In this document: positions 1-12,432 of the stretch, one piece after another
Layout: every line of letters starts with the position of its first letter
Numbering within the stretch: the first letter of the stretch is position 1
Origin: Octopus sinensis
Taxonomy: Eukaryota
Direction: 5' to 3'
Length of the DNA: 64,000 bases
Assembly: GCF_006345805.1 (NCBI RefSeq)
Contig: NC_043007.1
Coordinates: 57,350,001-57,414,000 of the forward strand
Position numbers and translations under genes: made by a program
The notes under the pieces: generated by a model
Told to the model about the DNA's origin: nothing
Database searches by the model: none
What the model saw: the letters and a program-made list of their open reading frames with translations, nothing else

Positions 1-359
1 AAAGAGAGGAACGAATGGTAGTTATATGAGAATGGAGGTGTGTGTGGTGGTGTTGGACTCATTTTCTATTCATTCAGCAGATGTCAAGGATGGGTTGTAC
101 ATTCTTTTGTTTGATCTGATTTAAAGGCGACTCTCTTCAATGAATTCTGAAGTCAACAGGTCATCCGGCACTATCACTACAGCCATCAGCTATTGTGGTT
201 TATTGACTGATTTGATAGATGGTACTTTCTTAGGGTAACTTTTCATTGTTTCTGGCGGTGTAGTGAATAGCATCCTAAATATTTGTTTGTTTGTTTATTT
301 GTTTGCGTTCCTTTCATGTTCTGTAATGTGTTATTTCGATTCAAAATGATTTTTTCAAA

Positions 360-756
360 CTCCATTAATTATGTTTTGTTCCTATGTTTACATATGATCA
401 CCTCAGAATGCCTATTTATCACGTTTTTCCTGGATGTGATGATTTCCAGGACTTCTAGTTATACCCGTAATGTTACGTTGTATGGTGCAGCATTTTTTAT
501 AATAGACCAGTGGGTGGTATGCTCCACTTCATTCTGTTTGAACCTCCAGACGAGGTTCAATAAGATATGTGGGGTGTCTTTCATTTATATTGGAAAATGA
601 TGTGAGATGGTTTCGCAGACATCTTTTCATGGTGTTTCCGGTGTTACCAAGGTAAACGAATTTCTGCGCACCTGCCTTCACCTCACATTTGTAAGCTACC
701 TTCTTTACCATGTAGTTGTTAAATCTGCATTCCTCTATATTCCTGCAGCTACACAT
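360..756 (-). pseudogene. Penelope-like element GIY-YIG endonuclease C-terminal fragment (disrupted)
   Basis: ORF 529-756 reads CSCRNIEEC...VAYKCEV...VYLGNTGNTMKRCLRNHLTSF (GIY-YIG-like). After a frameshift it continues WSIIKNAAPY...VINRHSEVIICKHRNK, the typical PLE C-terminus. Stops and frameshift present. Confidence 0.75.
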
Positions 757-776
757 GGCATTATTTTTTTAATTAA

Positions 777-975
777 AGGGGACACGCTGGCAGAATCGTT
801 AGCACACTGGACAAAATTCTTTGTGCACGTTCTGAGTTCAAATTCCACCAGGGTCGACTTTTCCTTTTATCCTTTCGGGGTCGATAAAATAAATACCAGT
901 TAAGTACTGAGGTCAATGTAATCGACTTATCCCCACCCCCGAAACTGTTGGCCTTGTGCCAAATTTGAAACCAAT
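777..975 (+). mobile_element. tRNA-derived SINE family B (central domain resembling Meta/MESC-type)
   Basis: A-box TGGCAGAATCG, B-box GAGTTCAAATTCC, conserved GTCGACTTT..TTTATCCTTTCGGGGTCGATAAAATAAATACCAG. Related copies at about 11125-11440, 18522-18885, 23710-23915, 37290-37505, 50821-51485 and 54400-54550. Confidence 0.8.
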
Positions 976-1462
976 ATTTTATTTAATTATTTATAAATTT
1001 TTCTTCTATACTTTTTCATGCGTTTTAGTTTTTGATATTCTGATGTCTCAAACCGAAGCCTTTATGTATTATTTTCTCCATCTTCTGTCGTTATATTTTT
1101 TTTCCTTGTCATAATCCTTTCTTAATTTTCATTTTCAACTGCAACTTTCCGTAATTATTCTGTCTGCCTTTCTTATCTTTTCAGTCTATTCCGAGGAATC
1201 ACTCATTTTATTCCCCCACCCACCCTATTGTCAGACAGCTATAATAACAAGCAGAGAGATTGATTATGAGGAGTACTTGATAATGTATTGATGGGTAAGT
1301 TAAATAAGCAATATGTGGAATTCGAACACGTACTCCATCTTGACGGTTCTATACATTAATCACTAATTGATTACAGCGAAATTCAACACGACCTGTACAC
1401 TCCCACAAAGGATTGAGAAAATGGCTGTTATGCAATTAACTATGTAATATAAATACATTAGT

Positions 1463-1656
<194 letters not shown>

Positions 1657-1959
1657 TTGTCGCTCTCTCTGCTAGGCTATCTCTGTTTTTTGCCTCTCTC
1701 TCCCTTTTCATTTCTCTCTTTGTCCCTTTCCGTATATGTATATATATCTTTGCATATGTATATATATCTTTTTTTCATTCATTAGAGTGCGGCCGTACTG
1801 GAACAAAGCCTTGAAAAATTTTTAATCGAACGGATCGACTAAGGTCGCTTTTAATGAAACGCTAAGTTACAGGGACGTAAACAAATCAGCACCAGTGGTT
1901 AACTAGTGGTGTGGGAACAAACACACACACACACACACACACACTCACAAACATATATA

Positions 1960-2460
1960 CTAGCTTAAGAGCCGCACTCCGTGCAGTCTTTAAACTGGCG
2001 CTAAGAGAGAGCCAAGTAACATTACTATAATACGTCTATAATGACTGTATGCCTTGATAGTGTTTGATGAGAGCTTAAGGACGGGTGAGAATTAATTCCG
2101 TAAGGCAATCATTCTATTGTTCAAGTCCCAAGTTGAATTCCAACTGTTGGCCAATTTGTCGCAAAGTTCTTATCTCGACGTACGATTAACGAAGTGAATG
2201 TCATTTATTTCCCCCTTGATGTCTGATGTGATCTTACAAACGCCAAAGAAGATGGCTAATCATCCAGCTTTACCTGCTTGAAATAGCAACCCAAATACTT
2301 TTAAATTAGATTCCAATGCTGGATGTTCAAAAACCAAATGAAGGGCTCTTTTTCAATCCCAGGATCATTCTGATTTCAAAGATGTGTAATATGTCTATGT
2401 AGAACAAATATCAACTGAAATACATAGGTCCCTGACAGAATTTCGCTTTTATAATATGTA
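1960..2460 (-). mobile_element. Probable non-autonomous Helitron
   Basis: Minus strand ends GCACGGAGTGC hairpin + 9 nt + CTAG|T at 1960. The 5' region ATATTATAAAAGCGAAATT near 2440-2457 is Helitron-like; exact 5' end uncertain. Confidence 0.45.
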
Positions 2461-2485
2461 TGTATATATATATATATATATATAT

Positions 2486-2605
2486 AGGGTGATTCAAAAG
2501 TCACCATACATAGGAAAAATTTATTTTTATAAGAAACAGTTAAATAAAAAAAATGTTTCTTATAAAAAAAATTGTTCTTATGTATGGCGACTTTTGAATC
2601 ACCCT
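2486..2605. mobile_element. Palindromic Tc1/mariner-type MITE
   Basis: AGGGTGATTCAAAAGTCACCATACATAGGAA...TTCTTATGTATGGCGACTTTTGAATCACCCT: near-complete 120-bp palindrome adjacent to (TA)n. Confidence 0.75.
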
Positions 2606-2739
2606 CTGTGTGTGTATATACATACATACATACATACATACATAGATACATACATACATACATACATACATACATACATACATACATACATACATACATA
2701 CATACATACGTACATACATACATATATATAAATATATAT

Positions 2740-3151
2740 AGGCGCAGGAGTGGCTGTGTGGTAAGTAGCTTGCTAACCAGCCACATGGTTCCGGGTTCAG
2801 TCCCACTGCGTGGCATCTTGGGCAAGTGTCTTCTGCTATAGCCCCGGGCCGACCAATGCCTTGTGAGTGGATTTGGTAGACGGAAACTGAAAGAAGCCTG
2901 TCGTATATATGTATATATATATATATGTGTGTGTGTGTTTGTGTGTCTGTGTTTGTCCCCCTAGCATTGCTTGACAACCGATGCTGGTGTGTTTACGCCC
3001 CCGTCACTTAGCGGTTCGGCAAAAGAATCCGATAGAATAACTGGGCTTACAAAGAATAAGTCCCGGGGTCGATTTGTGCTCGACTAAAAGGCGGTGCTCC
3101 AGCATGGCCGCAGTCAAATGACTGAAACAAGTAAGAGTAAAAGAGTAAGAG

Positions 3152-3153
<2 letters not shown>
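2740..3153 (+). mobile_element. Full-length tRNA-derived SINE family A (dominant SINE of the window)
   Basis: Head AGGCGCAGGAGTGGCTGTGTGG (A-box)...GGTTCAGTCC (B-box), internal (TA)/(TG) tract, tail GCGGTGCTCCAGCATGGCCGCAGTCAAATGACTGAAACAAGTAAGAG. More than 15 full or partial copies in the window. Confidence 0.9.
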
Positions 3154-3183
<30 letters not shown>

Positions 3184-3211
3184 TATATATATATATATTA
3201 TATATATACAC

Positions 3212-3396
3212 CACACGACGAGCTTGTTTCAGTCCCACCTACGAAATTCACTCACAAGTTTGGTTGGCCCGCGGTTATAGTAAAAGACACGAGCCCAAGT
3301 GCCATGCAGTGGGAATGAACCGGGAACCATATTGTTGGGAAGCAAGCTTCTTAACCACAGACCATACCTGCATCTATATATATATATATATATTAT

Positions 3397-3441
<45 letters not shown>

Positions 3442-3601
3442 GACGAGCTTGTTTCAGTTCCCACCTACGAATTCACTCACAAGTCTTTGGTTGGCCCGCG
3501 GTTATAGTAAAAGACACAGCCCAAGTGCCATGCAGTTGGGAATGAACCGGAACCATTTGTTTGGTAAGCAAGCTTCTTAACCACAGACTCATACCTCTGC
3601 A

Positions 3602-3603
<2 letters not shown>
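3212..3603 (-). mobile_element. Two tandem near-identical SINE A heads
   Basis: 3212-3374 and 3437-3603 share private variants and differ mostly by single-base indels. Confidence 0.8.
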
Positions 3604-3651
<48 letters not shown>

Positions 3652-3763
3652 CACAAAACACGCACACACATGCACACATACACGTAGAAATACTCGACCT
3701 ATTTTTGTGTATGTGTATGTAAATATATATGTGTGTGTATGATTGGTTACACATGCGTATGTA

Positions 3764-3809
<46 letters not shown>

Positions 3810-4866
3810 GCATACACACATACATACATATACCGAAGCGTATTTTGTGTTTGTATGTGATGTGTATTTGTATAAACATACATGTACACATACACATGCA
3901 CACTTATATATTCAAACATATACATGAATGTTTGTGTGTGTGTGTGTTTGTGTTGTGAACATCAACTATTTTGCGTTTGTTTTTATTCAGTGGTTGGTCG
4001 TTCCTCTGATTATTAACTACTTGTCATGTGGTGTATCCTTTCCTCTTCTTTTGTTCACTCATCTGTTGAATCTGTCGCTTTATTTAACAGACACACTTAT
4101 GAAAATTTAATCTGCTAACGAAGGGGCAGGTATGGGCTCTTACTTACCCCACCAACACTGTGGCTTATAACGGCCCCCACCGTCACCTCTCTTTGATATG
4201 ATATCCAAAGCCATCACCACCAGCACTGTGAATTAACAGAACCGTTCGCTATTGCCCTACACCTCCCCGCCATACACGTATACACCACATTTTACCAATA
4301 CAGCCCGACAATATTGTAACACTAACACGGAAGCCACTATCACGTATGTTTTCTATCACTGTCATCAACCCTACCTCATCACCGCCACCACAACAGCCCA
4401 CACTATCGTCGCCACTACCACCACCACCATCACCACCACCACCACCACCGCCACCATCATCACAGCAGCCCCCACCGGCTCCACCACCGCCGCCGCGTCG
4501 CCGTCAGCTTCACTACCGCCAACACTACCACTAACATTATCAACAATAACACCAAAACCATTAGCCAGCAGTAGCTAATCAATTTGATATAATTTATTCA
4601 TATGATGTTATTTACACTATTATTTAAGCTGGTTAAGGTGAAGTGAGAACTCGTGATAGTTGATTACACATAGGGGTAGACTCCGATATCAAACCGAAGC
4701 GTTGGTGGTTCGGATCCTCTTCCTTACTGCTTCATTGATCCTAAGGCTTAGTGCACTTATCAAACAGGACGGTCGATTTATTGTTGTTTGTAGCCGCAAG
4801 TTAGTCCAGATCGAACAACAGATCCGCAATCAAAGACGTTCCAGCTGAGAGCATGATGCATCTTTC

Positions 4867-4903
<37 letters not shown>

Positions 4904-4957
4904 CACCACACACACACACACACACACACATGCACACACACACAGACATACACACAG

Positions 4958-5008
<51 letters not shown>

Positions 5009-5639
5009 CATGTATGTCTCGACTGAACTTATATCTCACGATTGCATCGACTAAACTTCCATCTGATGAAAAACTTAATTTAGTTTAATCACAAAGAATC
5101 CAATTAGATCTAGATAGACGTTTTGCTCGAGTGGCAAATAAAACTAGCGTAAGCTGTCCATATTTATCGATAGTTGACTTTATGAACCAAAATTCGCGGC
5201 TTGTACAGTCATCTTAGAACAGACAAATAGACAGAGATCTCGTTAGTAGAAGATGAGCGCATCCTTTCCGTCCGGAAACATTTCAGGGGCCGGATTAATG
5301 AACTACTTAAGCGAGAAATAAAGGGAAATGTTCTTCGATAACAGGTGGTGCGGCATACTAAGGAAGACAATTAGGATAATATCGATTAAATTCAATAAGG
5401 AGTCAGGAATTAATGAGCAGTTTAGAAGAGCAAGGTGGTATAGCTCTATTTTTGCATGTCAGACTTGTTCATTCTTGTTTCCATAACTACAAAAAGACAG
5501 AGAAGACAAACAATAGATCCCCTAGGGCATATATTACTGCCTGGCCGTCGATTACTGCTCTAGTTTTCTTCTGACCAAAATTGCAACGTCTGGTCTTTCG
5601 TATCTTGTAGAAGAGACGCTTTCCCTTGGTCTGACGTTC

Positions 5640-6640
5640 CACCTGCTGTCAACATCCTTTATCAGAAGAGCACAGTATATCGTGGCTGATGATGCACCAG
5701 CACTTAGAGAAGTTGCCTCATTTACAAAAATTCATAGAGAAGGAGCAAATATAGTAGCCTTTGTCAAACCCATTTTTCTTCAGCTCGTTGCTTTCACGGA
5801 GCTGTGACCTTGGATCAGGTGAACTATAAGCCTGGGCGACTGGCATCTGGAACGTTGTCAGGTGTTCACAGCCCTCAATCAGTTGGACAATGTTGTCGTT
5901 GAAAAGTTAGTATTCTATAGAAATCTAGCATTATTGGACCGAGACTGTAAACATAGAAGGACTGTCGTCTGGTCTTTTCATAAATGTGTGCAGGGCAATG
6001 AAGTCGTTCTCTATTCACCTTCGTTCAGTGTCTGAGTATTGCGGACTTGTGGAGGAATAACAAATGCTTGTCGTCGCGTATAGGACAGATTCGGCTATCA
6101 GCCGAATTCGTTGTGAAGATCGCTTTCGCTGCTTTCCTTTAGCGGGAAGAGCTGGCAGTTTTACTTTGTCTGGTGGCTGAAGGGTCTAAAGTCATACACT
6201 TCTTGTATGATCACATCATCGTCGACCTTTTTGAGTTTCAGTGGGAGAGGAAAGTGAGAAAGCAAAGAAGTGCTGCCTCTCATTAAATATGCTGAGAGAT
6301 GAGTGAGAAAAATTAAAACTACTCGAGTGAATGGTCTTATTTTAAGCCTATAGGGTAGAAATGATAGATGAGAGAGGGTACCTTAGTGCTTTTAGTGGTC
6401 AGGGAAATCCTGTGGTCAGAATACGTAGGGTTGTTTGACGGGCCCTAGATAGCTGATCCCTCTGTCGCGGATTATCTTTGTTAGTATATTTTGCTATCTC
6501 TTGTTTTACTATTACTTTTTGCATGTTTTTATGCGTTCCCACTATTGTGTTGTACTATCTCCTTTGTTCCCATTGTTTTGGAGACGTTTAGGCTAATAAA
6601 GAAATTATTATTATTATCATTATTATTATTATTATTATTA
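5640..6640 (+). mobile_element. Degenerate Tx1/L1-like LINE ORF2 C-terminus and 3' end
   Basis: Broken frames give KC.QGNEVVL..AFVQCLSIADLW...RIGQIRLSAEFVVKI (relic of CxxC-x-ET-x-H-x-C motif). Ends with AATAAAG + (ATT)n tail. Confidence 0.45.
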
Positions 6641-7084
6641 TTATAGATGGTACGTTATACCGTAAATCTGTTATAAATGTTTAATGTATTTATATTTTCC
6701 TTGTCACGGATCGGATACAGCTCATGGGTTGCAACCTGAAGTGGATCATTCCGTACCCGTGTATTGTACATGCAATATTGTACATTGTGTATTGTCAATT
6801 GTATGTTGAATATTGTATACACTTGGTGCAGGCATTATGCGATTGGAGTTTAATGTTTTCACAAGAGTGACAGACAAGTGTGTTCACGTGTGTGAGTGTG
6901 TGAGTGTGTGTATGTGTGTGTGTGTGTGTTCGCGTGCATGAGTGTGTGTGTGTGTGTTTAAAAGACATAAGTTCAGAGATAGTATCGGTGCGCGTGTGTG
7001 AAATTGAGAGAATGGGAGCCAGAGTGGAGCGGAAGATAAATAGAGAGAGAACAAAAGAAGAACGGAGTGAGAAGGAAATAGAAA

Positions 7085-7134
<50 letters not shown>

Positions 7135-7470
7135 TACACATGTATGTGTATATATGTGTGCGTGTGCGTGCGCATTTATTTGTGTGTGTATGTGTATGTG
7201 AAAGTGAGAAAGAGTATTATGGACAATAAGGTTGGCCGAAATTACTTCAGGGTAACGTTCAACATGCAAAATACAAACACAGTAACAACGTTTCATCGAT
7301 GTCACTTCGCAGGCTGAAACACTGCGATCAAGTGATATATCATCCTTTCAATTAGAAGTAATTAACTTGTGTCGAATGTAAAAACAACAAGCAATATCCT
7401 GGGGGATGGGGCTCAGTTTTGGCAGGAAAGAATAAAGTTGGATACTTTTTGAATGCACCACATATATATC

Positions 7471-7605
7471 TTTACTTGTCTGGTGGCTGAAGGGACTTAA
7501 GTCATACACTTCTTGTATGATCACATCATCGTCGACCTTTTTTGAGTTTCAGTGGGAGAGGAAAGTGAGAAAGCAAAAAGTGCTGCCTCTCATTAAATAT
7601 GCTGA
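7471..7605 (+). repeat. 135-bp local copy of 6160-6295 flanked by a 30-bp direct repeat
   Basis: Near-identical to 6160-6295. TGAATGCA(C/T)CACATATATATCTTTACTTGT occurs at 7450-7479 and 7603-7632. Confidence 0.9.
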
Positions 7606-7758
7606 ATGCATCACATATATATCTTTACTTGTTCCGATCATTGAACTGCGACCATACTGGGGTACCGCCCTCAAAATGCGCATATACACACACACACGTA
7701 TGTATGTATGTATGTATGTATGTATGTATGTATGTATGTATGTATGTATGTATGTATG

Positions 7759-7801
<43 letters not shown>

Positions 7802-8571
7802 CAAAAATGGGGCAAGAACACAAAACATCCAGACAGTTAGGTGATACAAAAAAGGGACAACAAAACATCTAGACAGACGATACAAAGAAAAGAAGGACGG
7901 GTCATTAGGAGTTTTCTATCCTCAGTCGAGTTCCAGATTATCTTTCCAATTTCAGCTGGTTATACTCGAGATTACTCCAATCTGGCCAGCCCCAAGGAAA
8001 AAGACTAAGGTAAGAGCATTAGATACCTTGGAAGAAAGCAGCGAAAACAAAGACGACAAAAAACGGAGAATGTTACACAAATGCAAACGCAAATAATAGA
8101 ATATAGCAACAGGTGATTTTTAACTAAGTACGAATTAAATTAAATTAAGCTGGCGTGTGTGGAAGTAATGCCTTACGGCAGGGACATAAGATTTGACATG
8201 ACAGGAAGGAATATAGATGTTGCACGGATGGTAGTCGAACCAATAAAGAAAGGTGAGGCCTGGCCGAACACCGGTCACGTGGGGAGAGAAGAGAGAGAGG
8301 TAGAGGCAGAGGGATAGAAGAATTAAGGAGGGGCAAGAATGCAGTGGGCAAAAGTTGGTATACAGTTATTTAGTAAGAGTGCAATGTTCTTTTCATTTCT
8401 CTATTTCTTTTTTAAGATAAAAATTCTGATTCGGTGTTCTTCTTAACTAATTCTCTCTATAATGAAATAATTATTCCTAATTTCAGATATGTATTATATG
8501 GTTGGAAAAGAACTTTCTATTCATATTAAGCAATTGTATATCTACTTTTGCTCACGCCTGCATATGTATTT

Positions 8572-9063
8572 ATACGACGTGGGAGCTACTTTCACTCTCC
8601 GTCCTCAAAATGCACTCGCAAACGTTTGGTTGGCCTAAGGTTATAGTAGAAGATACAGACCGAAGGTACAGCACGGTGGGACTAAAACAGGCCTGAAACT
8701 CGAATTACATTGTGGGCCACTTTAATCACAAAGTTTTTTGAGGGTCGCTTGTAATCTACATGATTGAAAGCATTTTGCTTTCTCATGCTATTATTACAAT
8801 GAAGAATCAATGATCGTTGAGTCAACATGAAATATTATCGTTGCAAAAACAATATTATCCTTTTTATTTTTCATTACAATCTTTAATTTTTAATAAATTT
8901 TAAAAAGTGTTTGTTTAAATAAATCCATTTCAAGAAAGTATCAAGATAAAACCCTGCGAGCCGCACGCGGTCCGCTGGTCTTAGGTTGGCCAGCACTGAA
9001 CTAAAACCAAGACCACATGGTTGGGAATCAAGTTTTTGCCCACAAACTCACGACTGCGCCTAT
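8572..9063 (-). mobile_element. SINE A head interrupted by a hAT MITE
   Basis: SINE A head sequence at 8572-8687 resumes at 8999-9063. Confidence 0.75.
8688..8998. mobile_element. hAT (Charlie-type) MITE
   Basis: Ends CAGGCCTG... / ...GTTGGCCAGCACTG. 8-bp TSD GACTAAAA (8680-8687) / AACTAAAA (8999-9006). Subterminal GCGAGCCGCACGCGGTCCG motif. Confidence 0.7.
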
Positions 9064-9210
9064 ATAAATAGAGGAGAAACAGTGTCACTGATATATGTAT
9101 ATACCAGCAATAAAGATGACGAAACATAATTCAGAGAATCGCTACCGTATGCTAAATTATTATTAGTCGGCTTTAAAATCAACATCGATTCCTATTATCT
9201 TCCAAAAATT

Positions 9211-9624
9211 AGGATGAGTGGCTGTGTAGTAAGTAGCTTGCTTACGAACCACATGGTTCCGGGTTCAGTCCCACTGAGTGGCACCTAGGGAAAGTATCTT
9301 CTACTATAGCCCGAGGCTATAGTAGAAGACACTAGTGAAGACATAAATAGAAGGCCTTGTGAGTGGATTTGGTAGACGGGAACTGAAAGAAGCCCGTCGT
9401 ATATATGTATATGTTTGTGTGTCTGTGTTTGTCCCCACAGCATCACTTGACAACAAATGCTGGTGTGTTTACCTCCCTGTAACTTAGCCGTTCGGCAAAA
9501 GTGACCGATAGAATAAGTACTAGGCTTACAAAGAATAAGTCCTGGGGTTGATTTGCTATATTAAAGGCGGTGCTCCAGTATGGCCACAGTCACATGACTG
9601 AAACAAGTAAAAGAGTAAAGAGTA
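9211..9624 (+). mobile_element. Full-length SINE A
   Basis: Same head, body and tail as 2740-3153. Confidence 0.9.
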
Positions 9625-9783
9625 TTAGGTTTATATATTTTGCGTGTATTTTTAAATTTTAAACACCACCAAAGGGATTTCTGTTTTTCTAAATGACAAG
9701 GATAAACTCAGTTATTGAATACAGACACATATACATACATACGTACATACATACATACATACATACATACATACATACATACA

Positions 9784-9817
<34 letters not shown>

Positions 9818-10798
9818 CATACATACATACATAAATGCGTACGTACAGACATACATATATACATACACACACACACACACACACACATATACATACATGC
9901 ACACACTCATAAACCATCACCACCATTACCAATCACTTTTACCATTCCCATCACTAACCTTTATTATTATCACTAAGACCCTTCACCCCCATCGCTATAA
10001 CCACAACAGCCAGCATCACTCGCCACAATCCCTCTACCTACACCACTACCATCACATCTTGCACCGTCACCATAACCCCTACCACCACTGCTTCAACCAA
10101 CTCTACCACCATCATCATGGTCACCATCATCATGGCCACCATCACCCCAGCCACCACCACCACTACCATCGCCACCACCCCTTCTACCCTCACCACGGCC
10201 ATCAGTATCACAAACCGACATCGCTTTCAACATCATCAGCATCATCATAGTTAACAGGTCTACCATTCTGCCGACAATTGTCGAACAATGGAAGGCAGAC
10301 ACATGACTACAGCAGGTAAGACAAAAATACGCCATGTTGATGTTACCGTGAACACTGGGCTCCCATCTATATTTAATGTAGCCGTAGGTGCAGAGTAATG
10401 CACTCGGTTTAACATTCTACTTCACCGACACGCCTAGATAAATTATTCATTATATCGGGACGGTCTCTGCTCTCATGGCGTTAAAGTATTTCTGTTTTGG
10501 TTTGGGCCAATAATGCGTGAAGGGTCGTGGGTTCGTCCCCAGGTTTCTTTGAGCTTTATTTATGCATTTAACTAATTTTTTTCTTTTTAGTGCATAATGA
10601 AGTAGAATCCTTCTCCAGCTGTGAAGAAAAGGCAAACCATTTCGATTTCAAGTTTGCGTTGCTTTTCACATAGAAAAATTGTACGCTTTGCATCTTAACA
10701 TATTTCGTCGTGGGAAACAAATGGTTCAGAAATGAAAGAATATGTAAAAAGTGGGGAGAGGCAAAGATGACTCCGCACGTATGTGTGTGTCTGTATGT

Positions 10799-10876
<78 letters not shown>

Positions 10877-11532
10877 TTGTGTGTGTATATACCGAATTTA
10901 AATTTTGGCACAGGGCCACCAAGTTCAGAGGAGAGGGCTGGTCGATTACACCAACCATTTAAGCCTAAGAAAGGTATACTTTTAATTTGAAATTAGGAAG
11001 TTTATGTTGTGAAGCTTGGAAGCTGCTGCAATTGACGAAATGGTGGACTTAAGTATATATTCAACCACTACGGTTGTTGAATGATAATTCGTTTTAACTG
11101 GAAAATTAAAATCGCAGGGCAGGGAATTGGCAGAATCGTTAGAGTGGTGGATTGGCAGAACCATTTGTTGCAGCACTTCACATTTTGAGCTATCATCATG
11201 CTGAGCTCAGCTTTATCTTACATTCTTTCGGAGTCAAATATATAAAATATATTTTAAGTATTGATGTCAATGTAATCGACTCATCTTGTTCGTTAACATT
11301 GCTGACCTTATGTACCAGTCAAGTACTGATGTAGTTTCAGATTTTGACATAAGGTCAGTAATTTCTGGGGAGGGGGTAAGACGATTACATGGACTTCAGT
11401 GCTCAGCTGGCACTTATTTTATAGACCCCCCAAAAGGCTGTAAATTGCATCGAAAATGTTTTCAGAAGTGGAATCTGCCATACTCGTACAACTTAAAGAA
11501 ATTATTAGTGGCTGAAAGAACATTATTTTAGA

Positions 11533-11626
11533 TACCGTGAACACTGGGCTCCCATCTATATTTAATGTAGCCGTAGGTGCAGAGTAATGCACTCGGTTTA
11601 ACTCGGTTTAGCCCAGTGTTAGATAC
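11533..11626 (+). repeat. 70-bp identical copy of 10344-10413 with extra templated pieces
   Basis: 11533-11602 = 10344-10413, followed by a TCGGTTTA repeat and GCCCAGTGTT (reverse complement of AACACTGGGC). Flanked by TTAGATAC at 11528-11535 and 11619-11626. Confidence 0.9.
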
Positions 11627-11922
11627 ATAGGAAGCATGTATTTTGCGTGATGTCTCCTGGTGAAAATAGTATATCTTCGGTCTTAATTATATATAATGGC
11701 ATATCTTCGGTCTTAATTTCTTTCATTTTTACTTGCTTCAATCATTAGACTGAGGCCATGCTAGGGCACCGACTTCATGATTTCTTAGACGAATGAATCG
11801 ACCTCTGTACTTATTTTCTTAGCCTTGTAATTATTCCATCTATCTGTTTTGCCGAACCGCTAAGATGCAGAAACATAAACAAACCAACACCAGTTGTCAA
11901 ACGGTGGTGTGGAACAAACGCA

Positions 11923-11997
<75 letters not shown>

Positions 11998-12241
11998 ACA
12001 TATATATATATAATAGAAATATTAAAGTTACTAAGTCTCTCTAAAAAAGATTACGGCAGCGTTACTGGAAATTAATTGTTAACGCCATATTAATATGGCA
12101 GTCTTATAGATATAAGACTAAAAGCTGTCGCTGATTAGCTCCATGAGGCCATCGCCTTAAGATAGCTATTTGACACACAAACTGTGTCCATTATAACCTT
12201 CGAACAAGGGAGGTCAGCCGCTTCACACCGCCAGTCAGACA

Positions 12242-12284
12242 GTTACAGACGCGTTTCAGGGTATTTGCCCTTTGTCAATGTAGC
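12242..12284 (-). ncRNA. Mirror copy of the U3:A8 hammerhead
   Basis: Reverse complement of the 12390-12432 motif with one stem I mismatch (TGTAAC). Confidence 0.65.
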
Positions 12285-12389
12285 GTAATATTTCTATTAT
12301 TGAAAACAAGTGGATGTATTCCACCGAAACTAGGTAATTAAAACCTTCGAACAGAGACGATCAGTGGCGACACCTGCTGGGTCGACTAC

Positions 12390-12432
12390 GCTACATTGAC
12401 AAAGGGCAAATACCCTGAAACGCGTCTGTAGC
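12390..12432 (+). ncRNA. Minimal type I hammerhead ribozyme, U3:A8 core variant
   Basis: GCTACA-TTGACAA-AGGG caaata CCCT-GAAA-CGCG-TC-TGTAGC: stem I 6 bp, stem II 4 bp, palindromic stem III ACGCGU, GUC cleavage triplet. Confidence 0.75.

Noticed and set aside
4252-4578. Thr/Pro-rich mucin-like ORF (also 9693-10250, 19553-19868, 24588-24842, 30462-30879, 60919-61155)
   Set aside because: Decayed trinucleotide repeats (ACC/CAT/AAC) with no convincing splice context.
4630-4850. Unique, balanced-GC island as a possible coding exon
   Set aside because: Stops in all minus-strand frames, weak splice signals and no recognisable protein; could be regulatory but cannot be shown here.
7280-7352. Long hairpin followed by GAAACGTT on the minus strand
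   Set aside because: Core and stem I are not recognisable; too decayed to call.
7940-8005. GGCTGG...CCAGC-TGAAA stem in the 7795-8345 repeat as a possible hammerhead
   Set aside because: No CUGANGA-like core or UH site; could be a very derived relic but is unsupported.
10258-10315. Plus-strand AG...CAG|GTAAGA 58-nt candidate exon (MEGRHMTTA)
   Set aside because: No polypyrimidine tract at the acceptor and no partner exons found.
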